Assembly: GCA_950097015.1 (NCBI GenBank)
Contig: CATNEN010000038.1
Coordinates: 25,544,001-25,608,000 of the forward strand
DNA length: 64,000 bases
From: Macrostomum hystrix
Lineage: Eukaryota; Animalia; Platyhelminthes
Direction of reading: 5' to 3'
Numbering within the stretch: position 1 is the first letter of the stretch; each line of letters starts with the position of its first letter. Position numbers and translations under genes: made by a program. Below, piece by piece: positions 12,001 through 22,700 of the stretch. The notes under the pieces are model-generated. The model saw only the letters and a program-made list of their open reading frames with translations, was not told the DNA's origin and made no database searches.

Positions 12001-14006
12001 GAAATACCAACGTGGTACTTTTGGGGATAAAAATAGGCAGCGCCACAGACCTGCCTTCCAGCATTCCCACGATGCAACTTCTGGTGCCAGAGATGACCTC
12101 TTCATTGTCAAGAGCGAAAGCCGGGAAACCGATCACGGACAGAAGGCCCGCGTCAGTCTCCTTGGAGCAACTCTCCCTAGGCAGCATGCTGTGGAGCACA
12201 GCTGAGCAGTTTTGCGAATCGTCGGCCATCACGTGGACAACGGACCTGCTGCCGCCGCAGCTGCCGAACAGGTCGAGCTCAGAGACAGCTTCCAGAGCAG
12301 CTTTGGCCATGCCTATTGAGGTGGAGTTGAGCTCAGGAAGGCCGTGATTCGTCTTGTCGCCTCTCTCCCAGATTCCGTAGTCGCAAACTGTGTAGGCCGA
12401 GTCGATGTAGAATACCAGATTCTGGACGAAAGCCACTTCCTCTGTGGTGTAGACTAGCACTAGGCCTGATGCTGTCATCTGAGCCAGGGCTAAGAGAAAC
12501 AGCGCGACAGCGTCCAGCTGCAGATGGCCGTAGCTGGTGTCGCCAGTCACTGGACTCAGATTGCTGGCAGAGAACTTGCAGTGCAAAGCGTCACTCGGTT
12601 GACGGCTGTGCTTGAATCGCTCGAGCCTGTTGATTTGGGGAGGAATTAAGCTGCTGCCTGCTCCTAGCAACCAAAACAAACCTATTCCATTAGACACTGC
12701 CTCAAGAAATTTAAATTCCTGCTCAGAAAATAGCACAAATAACTAATCATAAATACTTTGACACAGAATCTCCCAGCCACTAGCCTCGAGTCCCTTCCCC
12801 TAGAATCTCCTAGCAACTGGTCTCGAATCCCTTCCCTAGAATCTCCTAGCAACTGGTCTCGAATCCCTTCCCTAGAATCTCCTAGCAACTGGTCTCGAAT
12901 CCCTTCCCCTAGAATCTCTTAGCAACTGGTCTCGAATCCCTTCCCCTAGAATCTCCTAGCAACTAGCTTGAAATCCCTTCCCTTAGAGTCTCGCAACAAT
13001 AGCCTCGAATCCATTCCCTTAGAATCTCCTAGCAACTGTTCTCGAATTCCTTTCCCTAGAATCTCCACGAATCTCCTAGCAACTGTTCTCGAATCCCTTC
13101 CCCTAGAATCTCTTAGCAACTGGTCTCGAATCCCTTCCCCTAGAATATCTTAGCAACTGGTCTCGAATCCCTTCCCCTAGAATCTCTTAGCAACTGGTCT
13201 CGAATCCCTTCCCCTAGAATCTCCTAGCAACTAGCTTGAAATCCCTTCCCTTAGAGTCTCGCAACAATAGCCTCGAATCAATTCCCTTAGAATCTCCTAG
13301 CAACTGTTCTCGAATTCCTTTCCCTAGAATCTCCACGAATCTCCTAGCAACTGTTCTCGAATCCCTTCCCCTAGAATCTCTTAGCAACTGGTCTCGAATC
13401 CCTTCCCCTAGAATATCTTAGCAACTGGTCTCGAATCCCTTCCCCTAGAATCTCTTAGCAACTGGTCTCGAATCCCTTCCCCTAGAATCTCCTAGCAACT
13501 AGCTTGAAATCCCTTCCCTTAGAGTCTCGCAACAATAGCCTCGAATCCATTCCCTTAGAATCTCCTAGCAACTGTTCTCGAATTCCTTTCCCTAGAATCT
13601 CCACGAATCTCCTAGCAACTGTTCTCGAATCCCTTCCCCTAGAATCTCCACGAATCTCCACGAATCTCCTAGCAACTAGCCTCAAATACCTTCGCTTAGA
13701 GTCTCTTAACAATAGCACTAACCTGTCGGACTGTCGCATCATACAGGCCAGCAGGCTGCGCATACATTTGACTGTTCGGCCCTCAATATCGCGCAGTCGT
13801 GCTCGATCCTGATCAGAATCGGCCACTTTTTTATAAGCCAGGGCTAGCGACCAACTACAGATTGCAGCATATGTGTTGTCACGAATGTAAGCATGATCGC
13901 TGCCTGGTGTAGATGGGACTAGACCAGTCAAGGGGTTCTGTCTCTGCAGTACTGTGTTAAGTACCAGCTGATAGTGATATTCCAGCTGTCTTGGTTTTGG
14001 CTGATC
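1..14006 (-). CDS. PHKA: Phosphorylase b kinase regulatory subunit alpha, multi-exon. The C-terminus runs off the window start and the initiator exon was not located.
   Basis: Phase-consistent GT-AG exons in transcript order: 13723-14006, 12051-12626, 11472-11739, 10565-10816, 9712-10133, 9042-9121, 7028-7423, (6665-6802 and 6270-6407 optional), 5515-5764, 4915-5125, 4258-4513, 4031-4129, 3907-3932, 2730-2993, 2374-2493, 1-271. Family motifs: [107 protein letters not shown]. Confidence 0.93.
347..2255. repeat. 23-bp minisatellite (GAGTTCATCTAGTAGATCTCCGT)n, about 83 copies, in a PHKA intron
   Basis: Directly visible tandem array. The variant block of three GATATCCCT units recurs 552 bp apart (24 units), indicating a higher-order duplication. 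Confidence 0.97.
3070..3670. repeat. 15-bp minisatellite (TGTCTTGGTGTCTGA)n, intronic
   Basis: Direct tandem array. It generates the spurious MSWCL and VSDVL ORFs. Confidence 0.97.
6867..6930 (-). mobile_element. Solo tRNA-like SINE head, similar to family A
   Basis: Minus strand reads TGGCAGAGCGG (A-box-like) then GAGCTCGAATCC (B-box-like). It resembles the heads of the fuller SINE copies at about 11340 and 17280 and lacks a proper cloverleaf. Confidence 0.55.
7815..8698. repeat. 29-30-bp minisatellite (TATCTTGAACTGAGCGGAGAGGGGTTGGCG)n, intronic
   Basis: Direct tandem array with a variable G-run length. Confidence 0.96.
9283..9560. repeat. Degenerate 20-bp tandem repeat (AGAGAAGCGTTTGAGTCGTT)n
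   Basis: Diverged array whose reverse complement matches the 20-bp array at 37575-38760. Confidence 0.8.
10188..10556. repeat. 25-bp palindrome-containing minisatellite (TCAGCTGACAGTGTCAGTACTAGTG)n
   Basis: Direct tandem array containing the perfect palindrome TGTCAGCTGACA. Confidence 0.93.
10975..11340 (-). mobile_element. tRNA-derived SINE, family A, near full length
   Basis: Pol III B-box-like AGCTCGATTCC near the head, a body shared with the copies at 16965, 25470, 56660, 58520 and 61622 (core CCTGACGATGAGAAAGTCAGGGCAGATGTACAC), and a TAA/TAT-rich tail. Confidence 0.8.
11820..11980 (-). mobile_element. SINE family A fragment
   Basis: Degenerate match to the family core (CAGGTGCGTACATCT...GTCAGGCAGTGTACA...CACTACAAGCCTCCAAGCC) plus tail. 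Confidence 0.6.
12766..13715. repeat. About 37-bp minisatellite (CTAGAATCTCCTAGCAACTGGTCTCGAATCCCTTCCC)n with a 268-bp higher-order repeat
   Basis: Near-identical blocks start at 12968, 13236 and 13504. Confidence 0.93.
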
Positions 14007-15469
14007 CTGAAATTTTTTTTTGTTTTTTTCAATATTAAAAGTTATTTCTAAGTTGATTTTAAGTCTTACATAGCTGATTGAATTTTGCCCAACATTTCCT
14101 CTAAATAGAAGTTTTGTTCAATAAAATTTGTAATCAACAATGGCAAGTTTGATAAATTAAAATAAAACCTTTAGTCCTAAGTTTCTAAAAGGCAAAATAA
14201 GCAAAACTTTCAGAAGCTAATCATGAATCTCAGATTTTTTGAAACAATTTTTTACTAATTATACAAAATAGTTAAAATTAGTGTTGTGTATAGCAAAATA
14301 TTTTGTTTAATTCAAACTTCAAAAAAAATTCGTTTGTAAATTAGGAAATAGCTATAAAAAGGAAAAAATTGACAAATGATCTACAAATGATCAATTTATA
14401 AACAATTTTATAAATACAATTTTAACAGTAGATATATATATATCTAAAGTACCAATAGATATATATATATATGACTGTATATATACATTTACTGGGTATT
14501 TACACTAGAATCCAAATCTCAAAACTAAATAAAGAAAAATAAGACAATCAGATAACAAAAAACACACTGAACCTATACTTTGAAAGATTTATAATTATTT
14601 TATTTAAAACTATGCTTAAACACTTAAAAGGTTTTGACCTATTTAGCTGTCTCTTGCTAATCCCTTTGAAGCTTGCTAACTAACCTCCAAAAGTAAAAAA
14701 GCAAAAGGTTTTTGTTTCGAGAACTTTTTTTTCAAACGATTATAGCACTGTTTATTTTATTTTGACTTAGACACAATATATAGTAATTTTATACACATCT
14801 TGTTTGATGGAAATGCTATTCGAACTGGTTATGGCTATTCGAATGGTTAGGCCCTATTCGATTTTTTGATTAGAATAACAATTCTTCGAGTAAATTTGCG
14901 ATTACTAATGTGGGGATTCACTACTAAAAGAGAAGCTGGGCATATAAACATGAATGGAACTAAATCTGTGTGAACACTGCCAGTGATTGATGATAGACAC
15001 TCGAGAACAAATTCTTGAAGTAAAATAGAAAAAAAAGAGGAAAAAACTAATCCTGTTCCTGACATAAACTGACTGTTTAAGAATACTTGATTGCCATTTG
15101 TCGGCATTAGAGTCCTAACTTAGCATTCTATTTCTATTGCTTCCAATGCAAATATTGACGATTAAAAAGCACATGCTGCCGTTCTGTTCATTCATTTGTT
15201 TCGTAGAAACACGGAAACAATCGAGCACGTGGTTTTTAATTAAAAGAGGTAGTATAACAAAAGTTTACTACGGCGCAGGAAGAAAACTATTTATTAATGC
15301 TGATTTTACACGTCATATAGACAACAACAAAAAGCGGCAATAATCCTTGTGAAGATTTTCACATTTCTGAGGTTTTCGACACATTCAATTTATACGTCTT
15401 AGTCATATAGCACCAATAAAAATAGCCGTTGTTCAGACAAGGACTACTGTAGTACTGTGAGATAATGAG

Positions 15470-15895
15470 GGAGATGATGAGGATGAGAGATAAAGAGATG
15501 AGAGAGGGAAGAGATGAGGCAGCGGAGAGATGAGACTTAGAAGAGATGAGACAACATTGGACAGATGAGACGGGAGAAATGAGAGAGGGAAGAGATAAGA
15601 CAGGGAAGCGATGCGGCAGGGGAGAGATGAGACAGGGAAGAGATGAGAGAGGGAAGGGATGAGACAGGGGAGAGATGAGACATGGGAGAGATGAGACACA
15701 GGACAGATGAGACAGGGGAGAGATGAGACAGGAAAGAGATGATGAGACAGGAAAGAGATGAGAGAGGGAAGAGATAAAACCCGGGATGGACGGGACTGAG
15801 ACAGAGATGAGATGAGACGGGAGAGAGACGGGGGATGAAAGAGTCTATAGCTCCATCTCCAGATGAGAGAGAGATAGACAGGGAAAATATGAGAC
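15470..15895. repeat. Purine-rich degenerate repeat of about 18 bp (GAGATGAGACAGGGAAGA)
   Basis: Visible low-complexity array. Confidence 0.85.
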
Positions 15896-16329
15896 TATGA
15901 GGTTGGAAGGGGCAACGAGCCGTAGTTGGGAGCTTCGAGGGCTGGAGTTTGCCGACCCATGAACTATACGATCTTTCGAATCTTCGCGGCGACGCAAAAT
16001 TACATGGCAACCATTTGGAATGTCACTTATAAAAATAAACTTAAATCTTCTAAACGAGCGAGCAAAAAACTCGGCACATGCAAATATACGGAGTCTTTCC
16101 GTACGGTGCAGTGCAATTTTTTTCTCATTCGATTCATTCGAACTTCTCTTAAACCAATCGTTGCGAGACTCGTTGGGCTAAATTGAAGAATGCAATTGAT
16201 TCGAAATCACAACCAAAATTATAATGTAGACTAATTATAGAGTTCAGGATTAAAAGCTAACATTTTTCTGACTTCAACAGTTTCGGTCATGCTTGATTAT
16301 AAATTTATATTTTTAGAATCAGATATAGA

Positions 16330-16957
16330 ATGTCCTGTCCTGTGTCACTGTCACTCCTGTTTGTCAAAGGATGTTCTGTCCTGTACGTGTCACTGTCACT
16401 CCTGTTTTTCATAGGATGTTCTGTCCTGTGTCACCATCACTCCTGTTTGTCAAAGGATGTTCTGTCCTGTGTCACCATCACTCCTGTTTGTCAAAGGATG
16501 TTCTGTCCTGTGTCAGTGTCACTCCTGTTAGGCATAGAATATCCTATCCTGTCTCAGTGTCACTCATGTTAGTCATAGGATGTCCTGTCCTGTCTCAGTG
16601 TCACTCATGTTAGTCAAAGAATATCCCGTCCTGTGTCACTGTCACTCATGTTAGTCAAAGAATATCCCGTCCTGTCTCAGTGTCACTCATTAGTCAAAGA
16701 ATATCCCGTCCTGTCTCAGTGTCACTCATTAGTCAAAGAATATCCCGTCCTGTCTCAGTGTCACTCATGTTAGTCAAAGAATATCCCGTCCTGTCTCAAT
16801 GTCACTCATGTTAGTCATGGAATATCCCGTCCTGTGTCACTGTCACTCCTATTAGTCATAGGATGTCCTGTACTGTTTCAGTGTCACTCCTATTAGTCAT
16901 AGGATGTCCTGTCCTGTCTCAGTGTCACTCATGTTAGTCAAAGAATATCCCGTCCTG
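16330..16957. repeat. About 39-bp minisatellite (CTGTCTCAGTGTCACTCATGTTAGTCAAAGAATATCCCGTC-like)
   Basis: Direct tandem array. Confidence 0.9.
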
Positions 16958-16964
16958 GCACAAC

Positions 16965-17280
16965 ATTTAATGACACTAGACCCGCAGCCAGCGAGGAGGC
17001 AATTCTGCCCATTTCGCTGACTCCTGAGCACACACGCACACAGGTACTGTACGCAGGCTCCCTCAGGCGTGTACATCTGCCCTGACTTTCTTAATTGTCA
17101 GGCAGTGTACACTCTCACTGTACAGCTCGGAGGTTGGCCCTCAAGGACGTAAATGGCACGAAAGCCTCCAAGCTTTTTCTCCGCGGCTGCGTGGTCTCCG
17201 CGATATGGCCTCACCGCGGAATCGAGCTCAGGGACCTTGGTGCGAGTGACAAACGCTTTAGACCCTCTGCCACTCAGCTA
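16965..17280 (-). mobile_element. tRNA-derived SINE, family A
   Basis: Minus-strand head TAGCTGAGTGG (A box) ... GAGCTCGATTCC (B box). The body is highly similar to 10975-11340. Confidence 0.82.
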
Positions 17281-19327
17281 TGCGGTTTAATCAGAATATG
17301 TTTTATCAAAACCAACAAATGTGCCCTAAAAATGATTGGATTTATTGGATTTCAGGAAGCAAACTATTTTTTTGTATTTCTTTCTTAGTGAATTCCCCAA
17401 AATTTTTTAGATTCGATTCACTAATGCATACAGACTAATAAGTATGAAGTTTAAAAATTGAAGCAGCAAAATTAGATCAACATTATTTAAAATCGTATCC
17501 TTATGGCCTAAATAATGTCAGTTAAGCAAATAAGATGACTGTGCAGGGCTGTCATGCTGTACCTGATTTTACTGATTTTGCAGGAAGCATTTGATGCCCA
17601 ACAAGCCTGTTAACAAATTCACAATCACTGACTTGACAACGGGCTATTGTGTTGAGAGTTTAATTTGATTGTTTACAGACATATCTCGATGACCTTTTTA
17701 AAGTAAAGTATTGTTTAATTTATTTAAATAATGAAACACTGAATAATTAGGACACTTTTTTATTTTGAATTCCCGCCACTTTTTCTCACGCGCTAGCTAT
17801 TTGTCGTAACCTCACGCAGCGCTCGTTGTTCGTTGTATGCGCACCCAAGCCGGACATGCACCCACCCCAATTTTGGTATATATATACAGAGAATAATATA
17901 ATGCGATTTGGACCCGTTAACACTGGTTAACCCCGTTAACACTGGTTAACCCTGTTACCCCTGTTGGACCTGCTTTACGTTCTATACGTTCTCAACGTTT
18001 TGCTCTACGAAATATAAGCGATTCCACTTCCTACCTCTTTCCCTGTTTCGATATTAAAATAAACCGAGTTCCTTAGTTATTTTCCTATTAAGAGAAAACA
18101 ATTAGATACCTTTGCCTTCCCAATCATCTCCCAAAGATATCTCGTCGGCCTTCTTTACCCGAAGTCACCCTATTATATGATCCCTTTGAAATCCCAAATA
18201 TAAAGTCGTAAAATCCCATCTAAAGTCTATCTGAAGTCCACCTAAAGTTCCCTAAATACCCCCTGAAGTCTCAAAACTCCGCCTTTATCCCCCTATTGAA
18301 ACTGTACTAATTCCGGACCCCATAGAAGAAAGTGAGATTGCGAAGGACGTTCACCAGGCAACTTCGATCCATCCTGATACGCCCCACGGACTGTGTGCCC
18401 CAGATCAGTGACCTTAGCCCTCGTGCCAGCAGCAGTAAATTCCGCTCCCATTGTGTGGAAAATACCTATTCTCACGCTCATAACTTACGCTACCATCCCC
18501 CCCAAATACTCAGCTAACCAATCCCAAATCCAACAAATAGAGAGAGCGAGCTGAGAGGTCTGCTACAATAATAATGTGAAAATTAATCTAGAGCTTATCT
18601 GACCCTGGATGGCCGTGTAGAAACTACTGAGCTACGTGAAATACAGTTTAACAAAAAAAAACAAAAAAATATTAACAAACGTTATCAGCATTATCAATGC
18701 ATCTTACGCATTCAATGAGCACTAAATGTAGGCTCGTTTGTACATATCTGAAACCAAGGAAAGAAATAATATAGTGTTCTATTTTACTGTCACTCCGCGA
18801 ACGTTCTAGATACGAATATTACAGTAAAACTATTACGTCTGTGAATCATAAGTAGTGCTGTTTCTAAGATTACCAAAATATGAAAGTAGGATTTAATGGC
18901 GTAAGATACACACGGGAAACAGCAAAACCTACAATTAATGGGAAAAAGGCACAAAAATAACTCAAACGGTTTACACAATCAGAAAATTAAACTAAAAAAC
19001 TAAACCTAAAGTCGTTTCTAAATCTTAACTAAATCAGTTGAACGTGCATGTTATTCATTGGAAAAATTATTTATTAGCAACTTGTGGACGGAACAAAAGT
19101 AAGAAAAGCAATAATAAGGCCTCGAAAAAGCAACAAAAGAAATAAATACATACGAGTAAGAAAAAGCATTAAAATTGGAGCAAAACAATTATAAATTATT
19201 CTTTTGAAATCTGTGCGTTTGTGACATTATCTAAGAAGCAACTGTTCTCAAACGACTTTGAGCTGCTGCTTAAATAGTACTGGACCAGAACAGCGAATGC
19301 AAACAGCTTTGGAATGGATCAATGACC

Positions 19328-19630
19328 TGACTCTCACCCTGAGACAATGTGACTCCCTCCATGAGACAATCTGACTCTCACCCTCAGACAATCTGACTCT
19401 CACCATGAGACAATCTGACTCTCACCTTGAGACAATCTGACTCTCAGCATGAGACAATCTGACTCTCACCATGAGACAATCTGACTCTCACCCTCAGACA
19501 ATCAGACTTTCACAATGAGACAATCTGACTCTCACCATGAGACAATCTGACTCTCAGCATGAGACAAGCTGACTCTCACCATGAGACAATCTGACTCTCA
19601 CCATGAGACAATCTGACTCTCAGCATGAGA
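19328..19630. repeat. 22-bp minisatellite (GAGACAATCTGACTCTCACCAT)n just downstream of the TTLL5 stop codon
   Basis: Direct tandem array. Confidence 0.93.
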
Positions 19631-19757
19631 CGATTAGAGAAGCTACAAATGGCTGAACTCTGACCAGCCTGTTCTGGTCCAATGTCAAGTAGAGCACAGT
19701 GCAGAGTGAAGCTAGTGTATCAGATGAAATCCGAGTAATTAAGATCCGACAATACAA

Positions 19758-22700
19758 TCATCTAGTCGCCTTCAGACTGAGAAAATCGTCGCCACCGCCG
19801 AGTATTTGACGATTGGCCGCGTTGTCAGCACTGCCTGGACGTGGGCCTCCGCCTCCGCCACCGCTGCCTCCGCCTCCGCCACTCTGATTGGCCAGAGCGG
19901 CGCTGACTCGGTACGCAGCAAACTGGCGACTCTGCTGCCGCATCGCCAGGCGCTGAAGAGCTTCGTTCAATGCCGCCTCATCGTAGGCCGTCAGCGAGCG
20001 AATATTGCCACCGGAGCCTACCGTCGAGAACGAGGACATGGCAGCGCTGCCGACGCCACCACCGCCACCACCGCCGTTAACGCCAACTCGACTAGCAGAT
20101 GGTCGACTAAGATGGCCGCCTACAGTACGTGGAACCGTGGAACGATGCCGAGAGAGTGAGTAATCAGGAGAGAGTGAGCAATCAGGAGTGGGTGAGCAAT
20201 CAGGAGTGAGTGAGCAATCAGGAGAGAGTGAGCCATCAGGAGAGAGTGAGCAATCAGGAGAGAGTGAGCAATCAGGAGTGAGTGAGCAATCAGGAGAGAG
20301 TGAGCCATCAGGAGAGAGTGAGCAATCAGGAGAGAGTGAGCAATCAGGAGAGAGTGAGCAATCAGGAGAGAGTGAGCAATCAGGTAAGAGTGAGCAATCA
20401 GGAGAGAGTGAGCAATCAGGAGAGAGTGAGCAATCAGGAGAGAGTGAGCAATCAGGAGAGAGTGAGCAATCAGGAGAGAGTGAGCAATCAGGAGAGAGTA
20501 AGCAATCAGGAGAGAGTGAGCAATCAGGAGAGAGTGGGCAATCAGGAGAGAGTGAGCAATCAGGAGAGAGTAAGCAATCAGGAGAGAGTGAGCAATCAGG
20601 AGAGAGTGAGCAATCAGGTAAGAGTAAGCAATCAGGAGAGAGTGAGCAATCAGGAGAGAGTGAGCAATCAGGAGAGAGTGAGCAATCAGGAGAGAGTGAG
20701 CAATCAGGAGTGGGTGAGCAATCAGGAGAGAGTAAGCAATCAGGAGAGAGTGAGCAATCAGGAGAGAGTGAGCAATCAGGAGAGAGTAAGCAATCAGGAG
20801 AGAGTGAGCAATCAGGAGAGAGTAAGCAATCAGGAGAGAGTGAGCAATCAGGAGAGAGTGAGCAATCAGGAGAGAGTGAGCAATCAGGTAAGAGTAAGCA
20901 ATCAGGAGAGAGTGAGCAGTCAGGAGAGAGTAAGCAATCAGGAGAGAGTGAGCAATCAGGAGAGAGTGAGCAATCAGGAGAGAGTGAGCAATCAGGTAAG
21001 AGTAAGCAATCAGGAGAGAGTGAGCAATCAGGAGAGAGTGAGCAATCAGGTAAGAGTAAGCAATCAGGAGAGAGTGAGCAATCAGGAGAGAGTGAGCAAT
21101 CAGGAGAGAGTGAGCAATCAGGAGAGAGTGAGCCATCAGGAGAGAGTGAGCAATCAGGAGTGAGTGAGCAATCAGGAGAGAGTGAGCAATCAGGAGAGAG
21201 TGAGCAATCAGGAGAGAGTGAGCAATCAGGAGAGAGTGAGCAATCAGGAGAGAGTGAGCAATCAGGAGAGAGTGAGCAATCAGGTAAGAGTGAGCAATCA
21301 GGAGAGAGTGAGCAATCAGGAGAGAGTGAGCAATCAGGAGAGAGTGAGCAATCAGGAGAGAGTGAGCAATCAGGAGAGAGTGAGCAATCAGGAGAGAGTG
21401 AGCAATCAGGAGAGAGTGGGCAATCAGGAGAGAGTGAGCAATCAGGAGAGAGTGAGCAATCAGGAGAGAGTGGGCAATCAGGAGAGAGTGAGCAATCAGG
21501 AGAGAGTGAGCAATCAGGAGAGAGTGGGCAATCAGGAGAGAGTGAGCAATCAGGAGAGAGTGAGCAATCAGGAGAGAGTGGGCAATCAGGAGAGAGTGAG
21601 CAATCAGGAGAGAGTGAGCAATCAGGAGAGAGTGAGCAATCAGGAGAGAGTGAGCAATCAGGAGAGAGTGAGCAATCAGGAGAGAGTGAATAAAGCCGAG
21701 TCTCACCTGAAGCGCTGGACGGCCTTTTGAGTCCAGGCGAAGCTGAGTAGACCTGAACAGCTGTGCGAAACGAGCTGCCAATTAAGTCGGAGCCCGATGG
21801 TCCGATTCCGGTTCCGCCACCGCTGTCTCGCCTCTCCCGCGGCGCCCGGTTGTGATTAGAAGAGGCTCCGGAAACTGAACCGGATCCGGATGCAGCCGCG
21901 GTGGCAGCGGCGGCAGCTGCTGGCGAAGCGATGAAAACACCCGCCGACTTGTTCACTCTCGTGTAAGAGGTGAGCAGTGATTCCAGTTGGGCCTCCTCGG
22001 CTAGTCGCAGGAAACTGGTGAACTGCGGCTCAGTCACCCCAGCTGGTCCGTCAGCTGTGAACATAGGTTGCAGTCATATTACATTTTCTGCATGCTGAGC
22101 TACTTTAAGTAGGTAGACAAAAAATCGAAAAAGTGAAATAGATGCTGACAGGCATTGTCTCACCATCCTGCTGCACCCGCATGGCTTCAGTGTCCTTGGC
22201 GTAGGATCGCACAAAGTCTGCCAGCATATTGGCCAATATTCGCTGCCTCTGTCGAAGGCCCAGCCGACGACTCGGGCCGGCAATTTTGGCTCCGGCGGCG
22301 CGACGCAGAAATCGAAGCACCAAATCTAGCTGCTCGTTGGCCAGTCGCTCGGCAGAATCGGCCGCGTTTTCATCGTCCGGCGTTGCCACTGGGGGTGGCA
22401 GTTGATGATCAGCCAGCAGGCGGCGTTGAACCCTCGTCAGATAGGCTGCGAATGCTTGACGAGCCTGAAGATGGTCCAGATCACTCAGAAGATGTCAATC
22501 GTATTACTAATTACGAGCAAGTAGTACATGACGTACGCCAAAATGTACTAAAATAAAAGACACTGAAGCACTGGAAGACACTGAAGCACTGGAAGACACT
22601 GAAGCACTGGAAGACACTGAAGCACTGGAAGACACTGAAGGACTGGAAGACACTGAAGGACTGGAAGACACTGAAGCACTGGAAGACACTGAAGGACTGG

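Noticed and set aside
16005-16014. Candidate ATG-only first exon for PHKA (ATG|gttgcc on the minus strand)
   Set aside because: The donor is weak and there is no independent support, so the start was left unassigned.
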